From positions 14,200,001-14,264,000 of the forward strand of contig CM059432.1 in NCBI GenBank assembly GCA_030390025.1: DNA of 64,000 bases. Direction: 5' to 3'. A model generated the notes under the pieces. It saw nothing but the letters and a program-made list of their open reading frames with translations, was not told the origin of the DNA and did not search any database. Positions 50,387 through 61,807 of the stretch are shown piece after piece. The stretch is from Squalus acanthias (Eukaryota). A program made the translations under genes and the position numbers. Positions within the stretch are counted from its first letter, which is position 1, and each line of letters starts with the position of its first letter.

Positions 50387-52110
50387 ATGTCGAGTGAAAA
50401 TTTTTATGAAGACTGTAAAACAAAGTTAACGAAGAAGTGCGAGGATGCACAGCTACAGACGTTAGTAGTGGAATGTCTAACAAAGGATAAGAGAGTATCG
50501 TTTGAGGACGTTGTCACGTTCATTGAAAAACAAGTTAAGGAGAAGAGATGGAAGCTAGATAGGGCAGTGCAGCTAATGGCCTATGCGGCAGTGTATTGTG
50601 TAGAACAAGCAATAATACAGCAACAGAGTATTAATGCAGTTCACGCCGGTGCTGCAATGTAGAACCTTGAGGAGGCTCGGTGTCAGGTAGCCTCCTTAAC
50701 AAAAGACAATGACCGTCTTACCAGCCAATTAAATGATTCACGAGGAGCCCTAAGAGAGGCTCTTCAGCGCCCCCAAAGGGAGTTGGACCACAGGCAGTGT
50801 CATATTACTATACAACAGTTGGAAAACCAGCTGGGTAAACAACGGGCTGTAATAGCGGCAGTCACGGGAGTAGACCCCCCACGAGTTATGATAAAGAATG
50901 TGAGGAGTTAAGTGGAGAGCTATGTTCTCCCTTGCTACCCCCTTCCCAAAAGGCCCCCGTCTCATATGCCACCATCGACCTGGCTAAGAGGGCCCCAGCC
51001 TACGCTGATAACAATATCATAAAAACCTCAGTGGACGAGCCTGCACCTGTTGAAGCCCCAGTTAATGTTCTGACTCGCACCCAAGTGATTCCTAACGCGC
51101 CACCAGCTGCTGACGGTGACCAGGCACAAGCAGGAGCACAACCAGCGGCAGCTCACCCGGGAATGCAGTGGGCGGGTACTTATGAACGATCCCAGCCCCT
51201 GAACTATGCAGAACTACAGGCATGTGCCCAACAATTCGGACCAGTTAACCCACAAACATGCCCCATAGAGCTAAGGCAATGTATAGTGGGGTTCCGGAAT
51301 TACCATCCTAATTCTGAGGACAGTGACATGAAAAATGTTATGCTGTCTGCCTTGACTCCGGACCTACGGATCAGTCTCCCATTCATGGCCTTGCATGTGG
51401 GTAACCCCCTGAATAACTTAATCACAACTATACAAACAGCTCTGGGCTTGGACACTATTGATCTGGTTCAGAAATTAAACTAGTCTCAACAAGGGCCTCA
51501 TGAGACCCCTGCTGCATTCGGGGATCGGTTGTACACTGTTTATGAGATGATGCAGGCACGCCCCAATGATAATGTCTTAAATGGGAAGAATGAGGCAGCA
51601 TTTAAGAAAATATACTTAAAGAATATTCAGGCCTCACTGCGAGCAGCCTTAGGGCACACTGTCAGCCACAACTCGCAATGGACAGACCTTTTAAGAGACG
51701 CTGACGCTGCACGGGCCTACACTAAAACTCAGGTTCAGGTACCAACAGCAGAGACGCCAGTGCATGTAGTTGAGGGACCCCAGGCCTCCCCAGCGTCACT
51801 ACCCCATAAGCAACCCTTGATATGTTATAACTGTGGAAAGGTGGGACACTTTGCAAAGGATTGCCGAGGTCCTAGACAGACAGGCTCTGGAGGTGGGAGG
51901 AATAATAATAATTACTCGCGATATGGTCCGTCCCGTTCACCCAATCCAATGGAGAGTAAAATAGACGTCCTAGGCTCGTGTATGGAGAGAATGTCATGTA
52001 TTATGCAAACTCTTGCATCGACCCAGCTGTCGGGGTACCCCGTGGCTCCAACTATGAGCTCGTCATTCCCGCCCCCACCGTTGCCCCAACAACCCAACGG
52101 CCCACAATGA
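50387..52110 (+). pseudogene. gag: gag (coiled-coil N-terminus, capsid-like middle, CCHC zinc knuckle), disrupted
   Basis: CYNCGKVGHFAKDC knuckle; stops at 50660 and 51481 and a frameshift near 50900. Confidence 0.85.
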
Positions 52111-52857
52111 CGGGGTCCGGCCCCACCGGCCTGGCCTGAAGTGGGGTTCAGACGAGATGGCCATGATCGACCGGTGGTCTCAGCTTTGCTGCCTGGGGGC
52201 CGACAGCAAACGATGCTAATAGACACCGGCTCATCTGTTTCAATCCTGCATTCCCCAGACCCTGAACGCCAGCTTGAAATAGGCAAACGTAGCTTCGTAA
52301 TAACAGGAGTCACCGGCGCACAGGCACCAGCATATCCAGGAGAGGAAGTTAGCATTTCCTTTGAGGCCTTCCCCATAAAAATCACTGATCCGTTATATAT
52401 GTGTATGATCAACGAAATGGGAATACTTGGCAATGACACCCTACGGGGAATGACAGCCATTATAGATTACAATCAGAACTGTTTGTGGGTTGAGTCTAAA
52501 CCAGGAGATGTAGTGCAAATTTCAGATGCCCACTCGGTGTTTGCTATAAAGAAGCCTGAGCAGATAGCACTGCTGACACATTCCCTACCTCCGTCTGAGG
52601 GAGAATTATATCCTCCCTTACCACCTCCTCCTACAGCAGTCTATGTCAGCAGTGACATGGAAAAACCCCCGCTGGACAGTTCCGCATATATCGAGAAACC
52701 AGTTAGTGTCCTAACTGGAACTCAAGTAACCCCTAAGTTGCTGAGACGCCAATTTAATAACTTCCATGTCGGTAAAACTTTAGGTTTCTCTCTCTTTTTT
52801 TTTCTTTTTTTTAATGTCTGTGCCGAGAGAAATAAAACACAAGATTTGCTGAGTTAA
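52111..52857 (+). CDS. pro: Retroviral-type aspartic protease, in frame with gag after TGA
   Basis: MLIDTGSSVS active site, ITGVTG flap, GILGNDTL motif. Confidence 0.85.
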   Translation, partial: RGPAPPAWPEVGFRRDGHDRPVVSALLPGGRQQTMLIDTGSSVSILHSPDPERQLEIGKRSFVITGVTGAQAPAYPGEEVSISFEAFPIKITDPLYMCMINEMGILGNDTLRGMTAIIDYNQNCLWVESKPGDVVQISDAHSVFAIKKPEQIALLTHSLPPSEGELYPPLPPPPTAVYVSSDMEKPPLDSSAYIEKPVSVLTGTQVTPKLLRRQFNNFHVGKTLGFSLFFFLFFNVCAERNKTQDLLS

Positions 52858-53988
52858 GGAACTTAAAAAAAAAATTCTGGAATTTCAGTTTGTGTGAAAG
52901 TGTGTGTTAAAGTGTGAAAGTTTATCTGACTATAAATGTTTAAGAAGTTACAGTATTCCTTTTGTCTGAAAAGTCTGTCTTTAAAAGAAAGATCCTGTTA
53001 TGTGTGTTTTAGCTCCACCCACTTCTCTGTGTTAAAAGCTTTTAAAACTCTTGTCTTGTCTTGGATTTTGGAAGTTTTAAGAATGTGCGAATAAGATTGT
53101 GCACCCAGAATTGAAAAAAAAACTTTGAACTACAATTTAAGTTAAGCTGGTGTGTAACAACTGAGAAGAACAACAACAAGTTTGTTTAACAAAAGATTAA
53201 GTTTCAGTCTAAGATTTATCCTTGGAGTCGCGGTTGCTATGGTGAAATTTCCAAGGCAGTTTGATTTGATTTGTTTAAATGTGAAAAACTAATTTTTCTC
53301 CAGTTGTCTTCAATGTTTTTACAGTATTTTGGAAAGGCATCTGAAGAAAGGACAATAAGAAATATGACATAATTTACTGTTTTCTGCAAGGATATGATAT
53401 TTTGCTTTGTTTTATCTGTTCTGTTCGTGTTTAGTTAAAGTGTGAAAACACAACTGTCTTTTTCGATCAGGAAAGTATTTTTAGATTTACGTGAAGTGTT
53501 GCAATTGCGTGCGCCTGACAATGTTTCGCTCCACCTTCTTAAAACCTGCAAACGAGTTAACCCTTTCCACTGACAGCTGTTTAAGTTCACCAAGCAACAA
53601 CTTTAGTATTGCTGAATGAAATTTAAAGATATTGGACATTATTAAATTTAAGTTTCTTAATTTTAAATTAATATTTCCCCACAGTGACAGAAGGAAAATT
53701 ATGATTTGATAAATTAACCCCTTGGGCTCTTAAGCAGAGTCACAATGGATTCTCTTCTTTCTTTTGTTATATGGAAGTTACCTTGTAAACTAATTGCAGC
53801 ACTTCTGTCTCTAATGTTAAAACACTGTGTAAACCACCCAGCCTGGAAATCACTTGTTTCTGAAATTGGAGTTGATAAGATAAATTGATAGAAATGAAAT
53901 TGAACATTGACAAAACCAGTCAGTTCAACAATACTGCTGTTTGGATTTTGGGATAATTTTGAAATGACAAAATGGACTCAGGCACTAT

Positions 53989-54873
53989 GGGGGAAAAATT
54001 CAGTTGGTTTGCGCCTCCCGTTAGCGCCTTAAGAGGGCGCTAATGGGGCGCAAAGCAACTAGCACCCGTGGGCGGTGATGTTTGCGCCGCTCATGAAATT
54101 AACTAGTCATTTTGCGGCGGCGCTGAACATTACCACCACGATCTCCTGCGCTGGCAGATCGTGACGTCAGTCGAGTGTGCAACGCCCCGGTAGCACCCCG
54201 GACCTGATATTGAGTGGCGCCCCCTGCCTTACTGCCTGCCGCTAGCAACGACAGGTTGAGGGGAGCGTTTTGCAGTCAGGAAGGGACTGGGGGAGCGCTA
54301 TTTAAAGGCGACCGCTTCCTGCCTTTTTTTGTTGGTGACATTTTTGCACCACGCATTCTGAGAGAGAGAGAGAGAGAGAGAGAGACTTCTGGAGAGATTC
54401 AACGCTGTGTGAAGGAGTTTTGGGTACTGAGCAGCACTTTGCAGGTTCATTTTGATTGGCCCTTCCTTGTATCGATTTAGAAGAGACTGTGGGGGCTGCA
54501 CTCTGAGCTCTTTCCCATGGCCTCTCCATTGTTCTTTCCAGCAGATTTGATGTGCAGGTCTCTCCAGGCCGAGATTCAAGGCTGCAATGAGCAGGATGTG
54601 GATGGAGAGCAAGATTAAACCTCCCCTTTAAGAACTGGCCCGTGCCATTGTGTCTGTGTTCCATTGCTGACTGACATCACACGAGCTTCGCCAGCGCTCT
54701 GAGGTAGCGCCTCGCTCCTCGGCCTTTGCGCCTTAAGACAGGTGTGTAGCACCTGATTTAGCTCTCCAATCACCTCCAGGGGCGATAAAAGCCAAGTTTG
54801 CAGTCGGAGGCGATAATTAGCACCAGGCACTAATCTTTGCGCCCCAAATGGGGCGATACTGAATTTCTCCCCC
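53989..54873 (-). mobile_element. Non-autonomous Harbinger element, copy 3 (nested in the provirus)
   Basis: TIR GGGGGAAAAATTCAGT / ACTGAATTTCTCCCCC; TSD TAT. Confidence 0.92.
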
Positions 54874-55831
54874 TATATATTTGGTTACTTTTGGGAAAAG
54901 AAAAGATCCTCTAAAATAATGATATATAAAATGTGATAATAACTTGGACTAAGTGAGAACATTTGATCTATGTTTTCAATCTTTTATATTGTACTGGACA
55001 GCAAAGTTTCTCCAGGGCTCATGAATGAGATATGAATGGTAATTAAAGGGAAGGGATTGAGGCTGTAAGATTGAAACTTGAGAATTACACCGCTGAATGA
55101 GAATTTTCAAAACTTTCTAGTGAAAGTCAGGAAAGTGTAGCTAAGAATAGTAAATTGATAGCTTTCTCTTGGAGACATTTGTGTCCCTGCCTATAATGAA
55201 TCTTTTAAGAAAACTGAATTTGGTAGTCTGGTCACTACCCAAGACATCGGGACCATGCAGAGGAAGATGAGCAAAGATTTCCAGACGACTACAATCTTTT
55301 GATAAGATACCTGAAAGCCCGAGAATGGCTTGTATTGGAGGACATGTGTGGCACGATATTGAGATACCGCTATGAGTGTGTAACTGTGATTTGTTATGTA
55401 TGAAGTAATTACCATCCGGAAATGAATGGTTAATTTGCACTGAAGAACGGGTCTCAGACATGCTCAGTTACTTGACCAGAAATGGTTAATGTGGCTCAGG
55501 AGAGTGCGACAACTTTTAAAGCATTGACACATACTCCATCGAGAAACTATCTAATTAATGAAACAATCAGAATAGAGTTAAACACACTGGTTAGAGGGAT
55601 TGAAATTGAAGTTGAAGAATTTGGATTGAGACAATTGAGGCCAAGGAGAAATCATATTAGCAAGAATTATCCACAAGATGGATACAGTGAAAGAGATCTG
55701 GAGATTCTTTTAAGTCCATGATTTGTTGATTAGATGTTAAACTGTAATGTCGTGTGAAATGATTGTAAGACTGAATTTAACTTGTAACTGTAATAATTGT
55801 GTTTTGTAGATAACAGAGCGTGGGAAAAACC

Positions 55832-56420
55832 AGGGCCTTGGTGAGACCACATCTTGAGTATTGTGTGCAGTTTTGGTCACCTTATCTGAGGAAGGAGGTT
55901 CTTGCCATGGAAGGAGTTCAGCGAAGATTCACCAGGCTGATACCTGGAATGGCAGGAATGACGTATGAGGAGCGATTGGGTCGATTGGGCTTATACCCGC
56001 TGGAGTTTAGAAGAATGAGAGGGGATCTCATTGAAACTTATAAAATTCTGACAGGACTGGACAGACTAGATGCAGGAAGGATGTTCCCGATGGTCGAGGA
56101 GTCCAGAACCAGGGGTCACAGTCTAAGGATAAGGGGTAAGCCATTTAGGACAGAAATGAGGAGAAATTTCTTCACCCAGAGAGTGGTGAACCTGTGGAAT
56201 TCTCTACCACAGAAGGCAGTAGAGGCCAATTCATTAAATATATTCAAGAAGGAGTTGGATATATTTCTTAAGGCTAAAGGGATCAAGGGATATGGGGAGA
56301 AAGCAGGGACAGGGTTCTGAATTTGGATGATCAGCCATGATCGCATTGAATGGCGGAGCAAGCTAGAGGGGCCGAATGGCCTACTCCTGCTCCTATCTTC
56401 TATGTTTCTATGTTTCTATG
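55832..56420 (+). mobile_element. CR1 LINE 3' fragment nested in the provirus
   Basis: Open 166-aa ORF; (TTTCTATG)n tail. Confidence 0.92.
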
Positions 56421-56438
56421 AATCCAGTATGAGGTGAT

Positions 56439-56825
56439 TTTAGTGGTGCTTCCTGTGTCACTACTACCGCAACTACCATGCTTTACGGGTCTAACAGGAC
56501 CTGTCCCATCAACCAACACATTTTTAAGTATGAGCTGCACAATTATGCGGCATAATTCAGATACGACATTCCCCTGTTGTTTGAGGATTTCAGTGAGCTC
56601 GTGATGCGACTGAACTCCTCTCTAAAGCATTTTTATATTTTGGAGCAAGACAACTCGAGAATAGATATTGAAATTGAAAGCATCGAGGACAACTCACACT
56701 GGTGGGATATTGGGCTTAATACATCAGCACGCCCTTAGGTTCATATTATTTCACACGCTCTGGTAGTTCTCCAACTTGTAATGATAGTGTATTTGATATA
56801 TGTAAACCGTGTAGTAAGACTTTGA
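56439..56825 (+). pseudogene. env-like membrane protein C-terminus (heptad region, WW motif, transmembrane helix)
   Basis: FSGASCVTT..LFEDFSELVMRLNSSLKHFYILEQDNSRIDIEIESIEDNSHWWDIG..HALVVLQLVMIVYLIYVNR with two internal stops; located before the 3' LTR. Confidence 0.6.
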
Positions 56826-57175
56826 ACTATGTAAGATTAGAAGTTTGATTAAGATCTACCCAGTTAAACACAAATGCCACAAGGTAGGGAGTCAAAAATT
56901 GTTAGGACTAATAATACAATATAAGGAGGGACATAGAAATTCCTCCTTGGATTAGGATAATTTCCCATGTACTGGTCATAACCCAACTTGTAGTACTGAT
57001 ATGCTTACTATTCTACACCTGCTACCTGAAACACCTATGTCCAAAACCTGATCGCGATTAAACTTGATCACAACACAGAATATTTTAGAGTTACATAAAC
57101 GTGGGAGAACAAACCCAGATGTAAGATTTTAGTTTTGAGGGGTAGTCAAAATGCCTCGGCCTCAAGGTAGGGATC

Positions 57176-57976
57176 TGCAGGATAGAGTGTACCTGTAGGA
57201 GTTAGTAAACATTATTAAGATTCTATAACCATTTTTATATAACTATAATATGTGAAATTGTATGTTAAAAACCTAAAAGGTCTGTATAAAATGGCGAATG
57301 GCTGATACCAAAGCAGGATGGGATATTGCGCCAACCTGACTAAAAACCTCTGTTTTAAATTACTGAAGTAATGGAATGTTGTGCTGCACAAACACGGAGA
57401 CTGTCGGGGACATGATATTCGGTAATGATATGGAAAAGAGATAAGAGCTAGAGAAGAGAGATAGGGATTGGAGACATCCTTCATTTAAGGAGCTGCAGAA
57501 TAGACAAACTGTTTAGAAAACACCTCAAGAATGTTCTGTAAAGTGAAATTCTTAGACAAGGGTATCTTGTTATGCACAGAAAGAGACCTAGTGGGATTAA
57601 CAAGGTCATAAGATGACTGACAAGGAAAGGAGGGACATTTACCAGGTGTCAGAGAGCTAATTACTGCCACGTAGGCAAAACGGGAGGAAAAGGGTATAAA
57701 AATGCAGATATTGAACACTGAAGGCAGCGTGAAACCAGAGGATGAGAAGCTTCAGTCAACAGAACACAGCAAGGGAATAAAGAGACCGCGCCGCAGTCAC
57801 TCGGAAGGAACGCCGGGGTTCGATGAACAGACTGCGACTATCTTCTTGTTAAGTATTATTTCTTTGTACTGGATGTTTAATGCTTAATAAACCTGTTTTA
57901 CTGATACACAATATACCTGTACCCGGAGTGGTTTGTGTAGTCACGGACAAATTATAAAGAGCTTTAAAAAGCTACA
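57176..57976 (+). repeat. 3' LTR
   Basis: TGCAGG..GCTACA; preceded by purine-rich AAGGTAGGGA. Confidence 0.95.
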
Positions 57977-59239
57977 GGCGCAGACTCGATGGGCCAAATG
58001 GCCTCCTTCTGTGCGGTACTAGTCTATGATTCTATGCTGAACATTCAAGGCACCCACAGTAATATCTTAGGAGTCAGCCATTTTCCCTTTCTATCATCAT
58101 TAAGTAGGTAAATAACAGTCCGTATCACCATAGACCTGCTATAAACTGATAGTTATGGGCAAAAGCTGCATGTGGGATGTCCAAAAGTCTTACCTGTTGA
58201 AAATCATTGGCTGGAAGAGCTAAATGTTACTCCATTGGAATAACAGATGGTAAATGATTCATATTATATTACATTATCATATAAATTCATTACGCACGCC
58301 ATCCTTCATACGATGCCTCCAACCTAACTTATTGTGGATCTCGAGTAGAGACGGAAGGTGCAGAAACCAAGCCCCTTTTTCTATTGGACCTTGACTGCAC
58401 GCAGGTAATAGGGCGAGTGGTGCTCAGAGTTCATGGGACAGCTGGTGAGCATGCTGTCCCAGAGCCCCAGCAGTTGTGCAAAAGTGCCTTCATTAACCAT
58501 CATATGGACAGCCTAAAGTTATAGGGAACTGCTTATAATGATAGCCCCCAAAAATTCACAGCAGCAACAAAAGTAATTGCATTCCAGAAACTTAAGTTTC
58601 TCCACAAGAAAATACAAGCTTTAACAATCAGTTCCATAGCAGCACGCATGCTGAGCTCCATCCTTAACTGTCACGCCATCCACTTTAGCTTGATGAACAA
58701 TGCTCAGTCCCACGGTAGCCATTTCTAATTATAAAAAAAGTGTTTTAGTGCGAATCACCTACTGGTAGCTACAGTGAAAGTTACATTGTGGTATGTGTTT
58801 TCATATTTTTAGATGTGGGAGAGTGATTCATACAGAAATGTGGCTTAGATACTGGTTATTTTGATTCGTAGAAGAAAGACACGGAGAATGAGTGCGTGAC
58901 GTTTACTTTGGAATCATTATTTCCAGCATTCGCGCATGGAGTCATGAATATTCCCTCCTGGCGAGCATTCTGCTAACTGTGGTGAAGTACTCCTCCTGAA
59001 GCTGTTTAAAACAGCACTAACCTAGCTGTAGACTTGCCAGAATACACTTTGAAATTCGCAGTACACTGAAGCATCGTTACGCAAATGCAAATTCCTGTAG
59101 ATCGAACCAATCAAGTGTTAATTCCTGTAGATTGAACCATATATTAAAATGTCTTTCAATGTTATTTATAAACTGTCCCTTCAAAAATGGGATACTTTAA
59201 CCAGAACACATGGATTATGTGCAAGCTGGGAGGATTCTC

Positions 59240-59545
59240 ATTTTCTTTATTCACGGGATGTGGGCGTCCCTAATTTCCCTTAACTGAGCCATTTCAGAGG
59301 GAAGTTAAGATTCAACCACATTGCTGTGGGTCTGGAGGACATTAGTGAACCAGATGGGTTTTATACAATAGTTTCATGGTCACCATTACTGACACTAGCT
59401 TTTTTTTTTAAATTCCAGCATTGTTATTTAACTGAATTTAAATTCCCCAGCTGCCGTGGTGGGATTTGAACTCTGATTGCTCTAAGTCATTAGTCCAAGT
59501 TTCTGGATTGCTCAGCCAGTAACATAACCACTAAGCTACCGTACA
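59240..59545 (-). mobile_element. tRNA-derived SINE family 2
   Basis: A-box TAGCTTAGTGG and B-box GTTCAAATCC on - strand; tail GACGCCCACATCCC. Confidence 0.65.
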
Positions 59546-60141
59546 CACTGTTTGAAGAAATGTGATTTGAAAAGGTTTATGACCTGATCATGGCTGTTAA
59601 GAAAGAACAAACTTTCATTCCTAAAGCACCTTATTATTCCTGAGGATGCCCGAATGCACTTTACAACTAACGGATTACTTTTGAAATGTAGTCGCTGTTA
59701 TCTCGGCAAACTTAGGAACCAATTTGTGCACAGCAAGGTCCTACAAATAACAAATGGAAGAATAATCAGTTAATCTGTTTTAGTGGTGTTGGTTGAGGAT
59801 TGAATGTTGACCAGGGCACTGAAAGAACTTGATTTAACATCCCATCTGAAAAACCACGGGGGCGATTTTCTCACTGGAGGCAGGTTGGATGCAGGTTTCA
59901 GTTTGGGTGGGTTCCAAACCCGCCTCCACTGGTAGGTTTGAAAAAATTGCGATTTTCCCCTAATTGGCCAGTTGATTTCAGAGGTGTGGGTTGCCCTTGG
60001 CCAATTAGTGTTTTGGGACTGAAACTCGCCTCTGCTGACATCACTTTTCCAGCCTCATTTAAGGGCTGCATGCTGCCTTGGATCATTCCACTGGATTTCT
60101 GCCGATGCTGCACCACCTGCAACATCTTTTGAGAAACCACT

Positions 60142-60325
60142 ATGTCCAATTCCAAGGCAAGGGCCTCCCCGAGGTTCTCGGATGAAGCGCTGCAAATGTT
60201 GGTTGAGGGGGTGAGAGCTAGCATGGAGGTGCTCTTCCCCTCATCTGGGAGGAAGAGGCCTCCCAAAGAAACCAAGGCTGTGTGGGTCCAGCTGGCAAGG
60301 GATATAACCTCCAGATCTGTGTGCA
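60142..60325 (+). pseudogene. Myb/SANT gene 5' remnant
   Basis: MSNSKARASPRFSDEALQMLVEGV..VLFP..AVWVQLARDITS. Confidence 0.8.
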
Positions 60326-60568
60326 GATTGGGTGAATGTTTATGTGTATTGATAAAATGCCATCCCTGTTGGAAAGCATTAAAATGATTTGATGGCAAAA
60401 TGTTGGCGTGATGGCATCTGTTCTACAGCCTTAGGCGGCTCCACATTGCGGGCTCCGCGACACTTGCGTTGTCAGGTTGGTGGCCAGAGTGAAAGGAGGC
60501 CAGAGAGTCATGTTCATTGTCTATGATGTCTTAAGATGGAGCCAAGGACATGTGCCAACATGGGCAAC

Positions 60569-61807
60569 CTATGCAAATCTGGCCAGGATAAGTGCATCCC
60601 TTGCATCTCGGGCAGCCATGTGCTCGCATGCTGCCGCTGCTGCTGGTCAATAGACCGCCGCTCGGTCCTCCTCCTGCTCCTCCTCCTCCTCCTTCTCATC
60701 CTCATCTGAGGAGGCTTGGAGCTGAGCCACTTGCTCATCAGGAAGCTGCAAGCCACGATGCTGTGCCATGTTGTGCAGTGCACAGCAGACCATGACCATT
60801 CTGGAGACCCTGTCTGCTGAATACTGCAGGGCTCCACCTGATCGGTCAAGGCATCGGAAGCGCATCTTCAACAACCCAATGGTTTGTTCGATGATGGACC
60901 TGGTCGAAGTGTGGCTGGCATTGTAGTGCTCTTCAGCCTCGTTAGCTGGCCTCCTGATCGGCGCCATTAGCCACTTCTTCAGGGGGCAGCCCTTGTCACC
61001 AAGGAGCCATCCGTTAAGTTGGTTTGGCGGATTGAAAAGCGGAGGAACACTAGAGTTCCGCAGGATGAAAGAGTCATGACAACTAACACAGAACTTGGCT
61101 CAAACATGTAAAAACTCCTTCTTGTGGTTACACACCAGCTGTACGTTGAGGGAGTGGAAGCCCTTGCGGTTGACAAAGATAGCTGGGTTGTGATGGAGTG
61201 CCCTAAGGGCCACATGTGTGCAGCCTATGACACCCTGCACCATTGGCAAGCCTGCCATATTTGCAAAGCCAACTGAACGCGCGGTTATGCTTGCTTGATC
61301 CCTTGAGAACTGGATGTAATTGTCTGCCTTTGCGAAAAGGGCATCGGTAACCTGTGTGATGCAACTGTGGGCGGCCGACTGGGAGATGCCGCTGATGTCT
61401 GCTGATGATCCCTGGAAGGAGCCTGAGGCAAAGAAGTTGAGTGTGGTGGTGACTTTGACAGCCACTGGTAAGGGGTGTCCACCCGTTCCTCTGGGCACCA
61501 GGTCTTGGTGCAGCAGTGTGCAGATGTCTCGGACAACCTCTCGCGAAAGTCTCAGCCTCCTTTGGCACTGCTGCTCACTCATGTTGAGGTAGCTCATCCT
61601 CTGTCTGTAAACCCTCTGTTGGGGGTATCTCCTGCGGCGAGGTGACTCGATGCACTGGCTCATTCTGCCCTGTGCAGCATCAGGTGGCTGAGCAGGAGGT
61701 TGGGGCTCCTGCTGCTGTTGCTGCTGAGCTGCCTGGTTCTGCTGCTGCCCTGGATGCTCCTCATCCAAATCTGAGGTCCACGGTGAAAGGAAATGAATGG
61801 TTCCCAT
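60569..61807 (-). pseudogene. HARBI1-like DDE transposase, full length but frameshifted
   Basis: [17 protein letters not shown] (first catalytic D reads as G), [50 protein letters not shown]. Confidence 0.92.

Larger units (their letters stand above)
49432..57976 (+). mobile_element. Endogenous retrovirus-like LTR element lacking recognisable RT/IN
   Basis: Two ~800-bp LTRs, TG..CA ends, TSD GGCG (49428-49431, 57977-57980), PBS, gag, protease, env-like tail. Confidence 0.93.

Noticed and set aside
51912..52460. 182-aa antisense ORF over the gag-protease junction
   Set aside because: Shadow of the GC-rich sense frame with no recognisable motif
60569..61807. Possible domesticated host HARBI1 gene
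   Set aside because: Bounded by TIRs and a TSD, frameshifted, with a mutated catalytic Asp; it is a transposon copy
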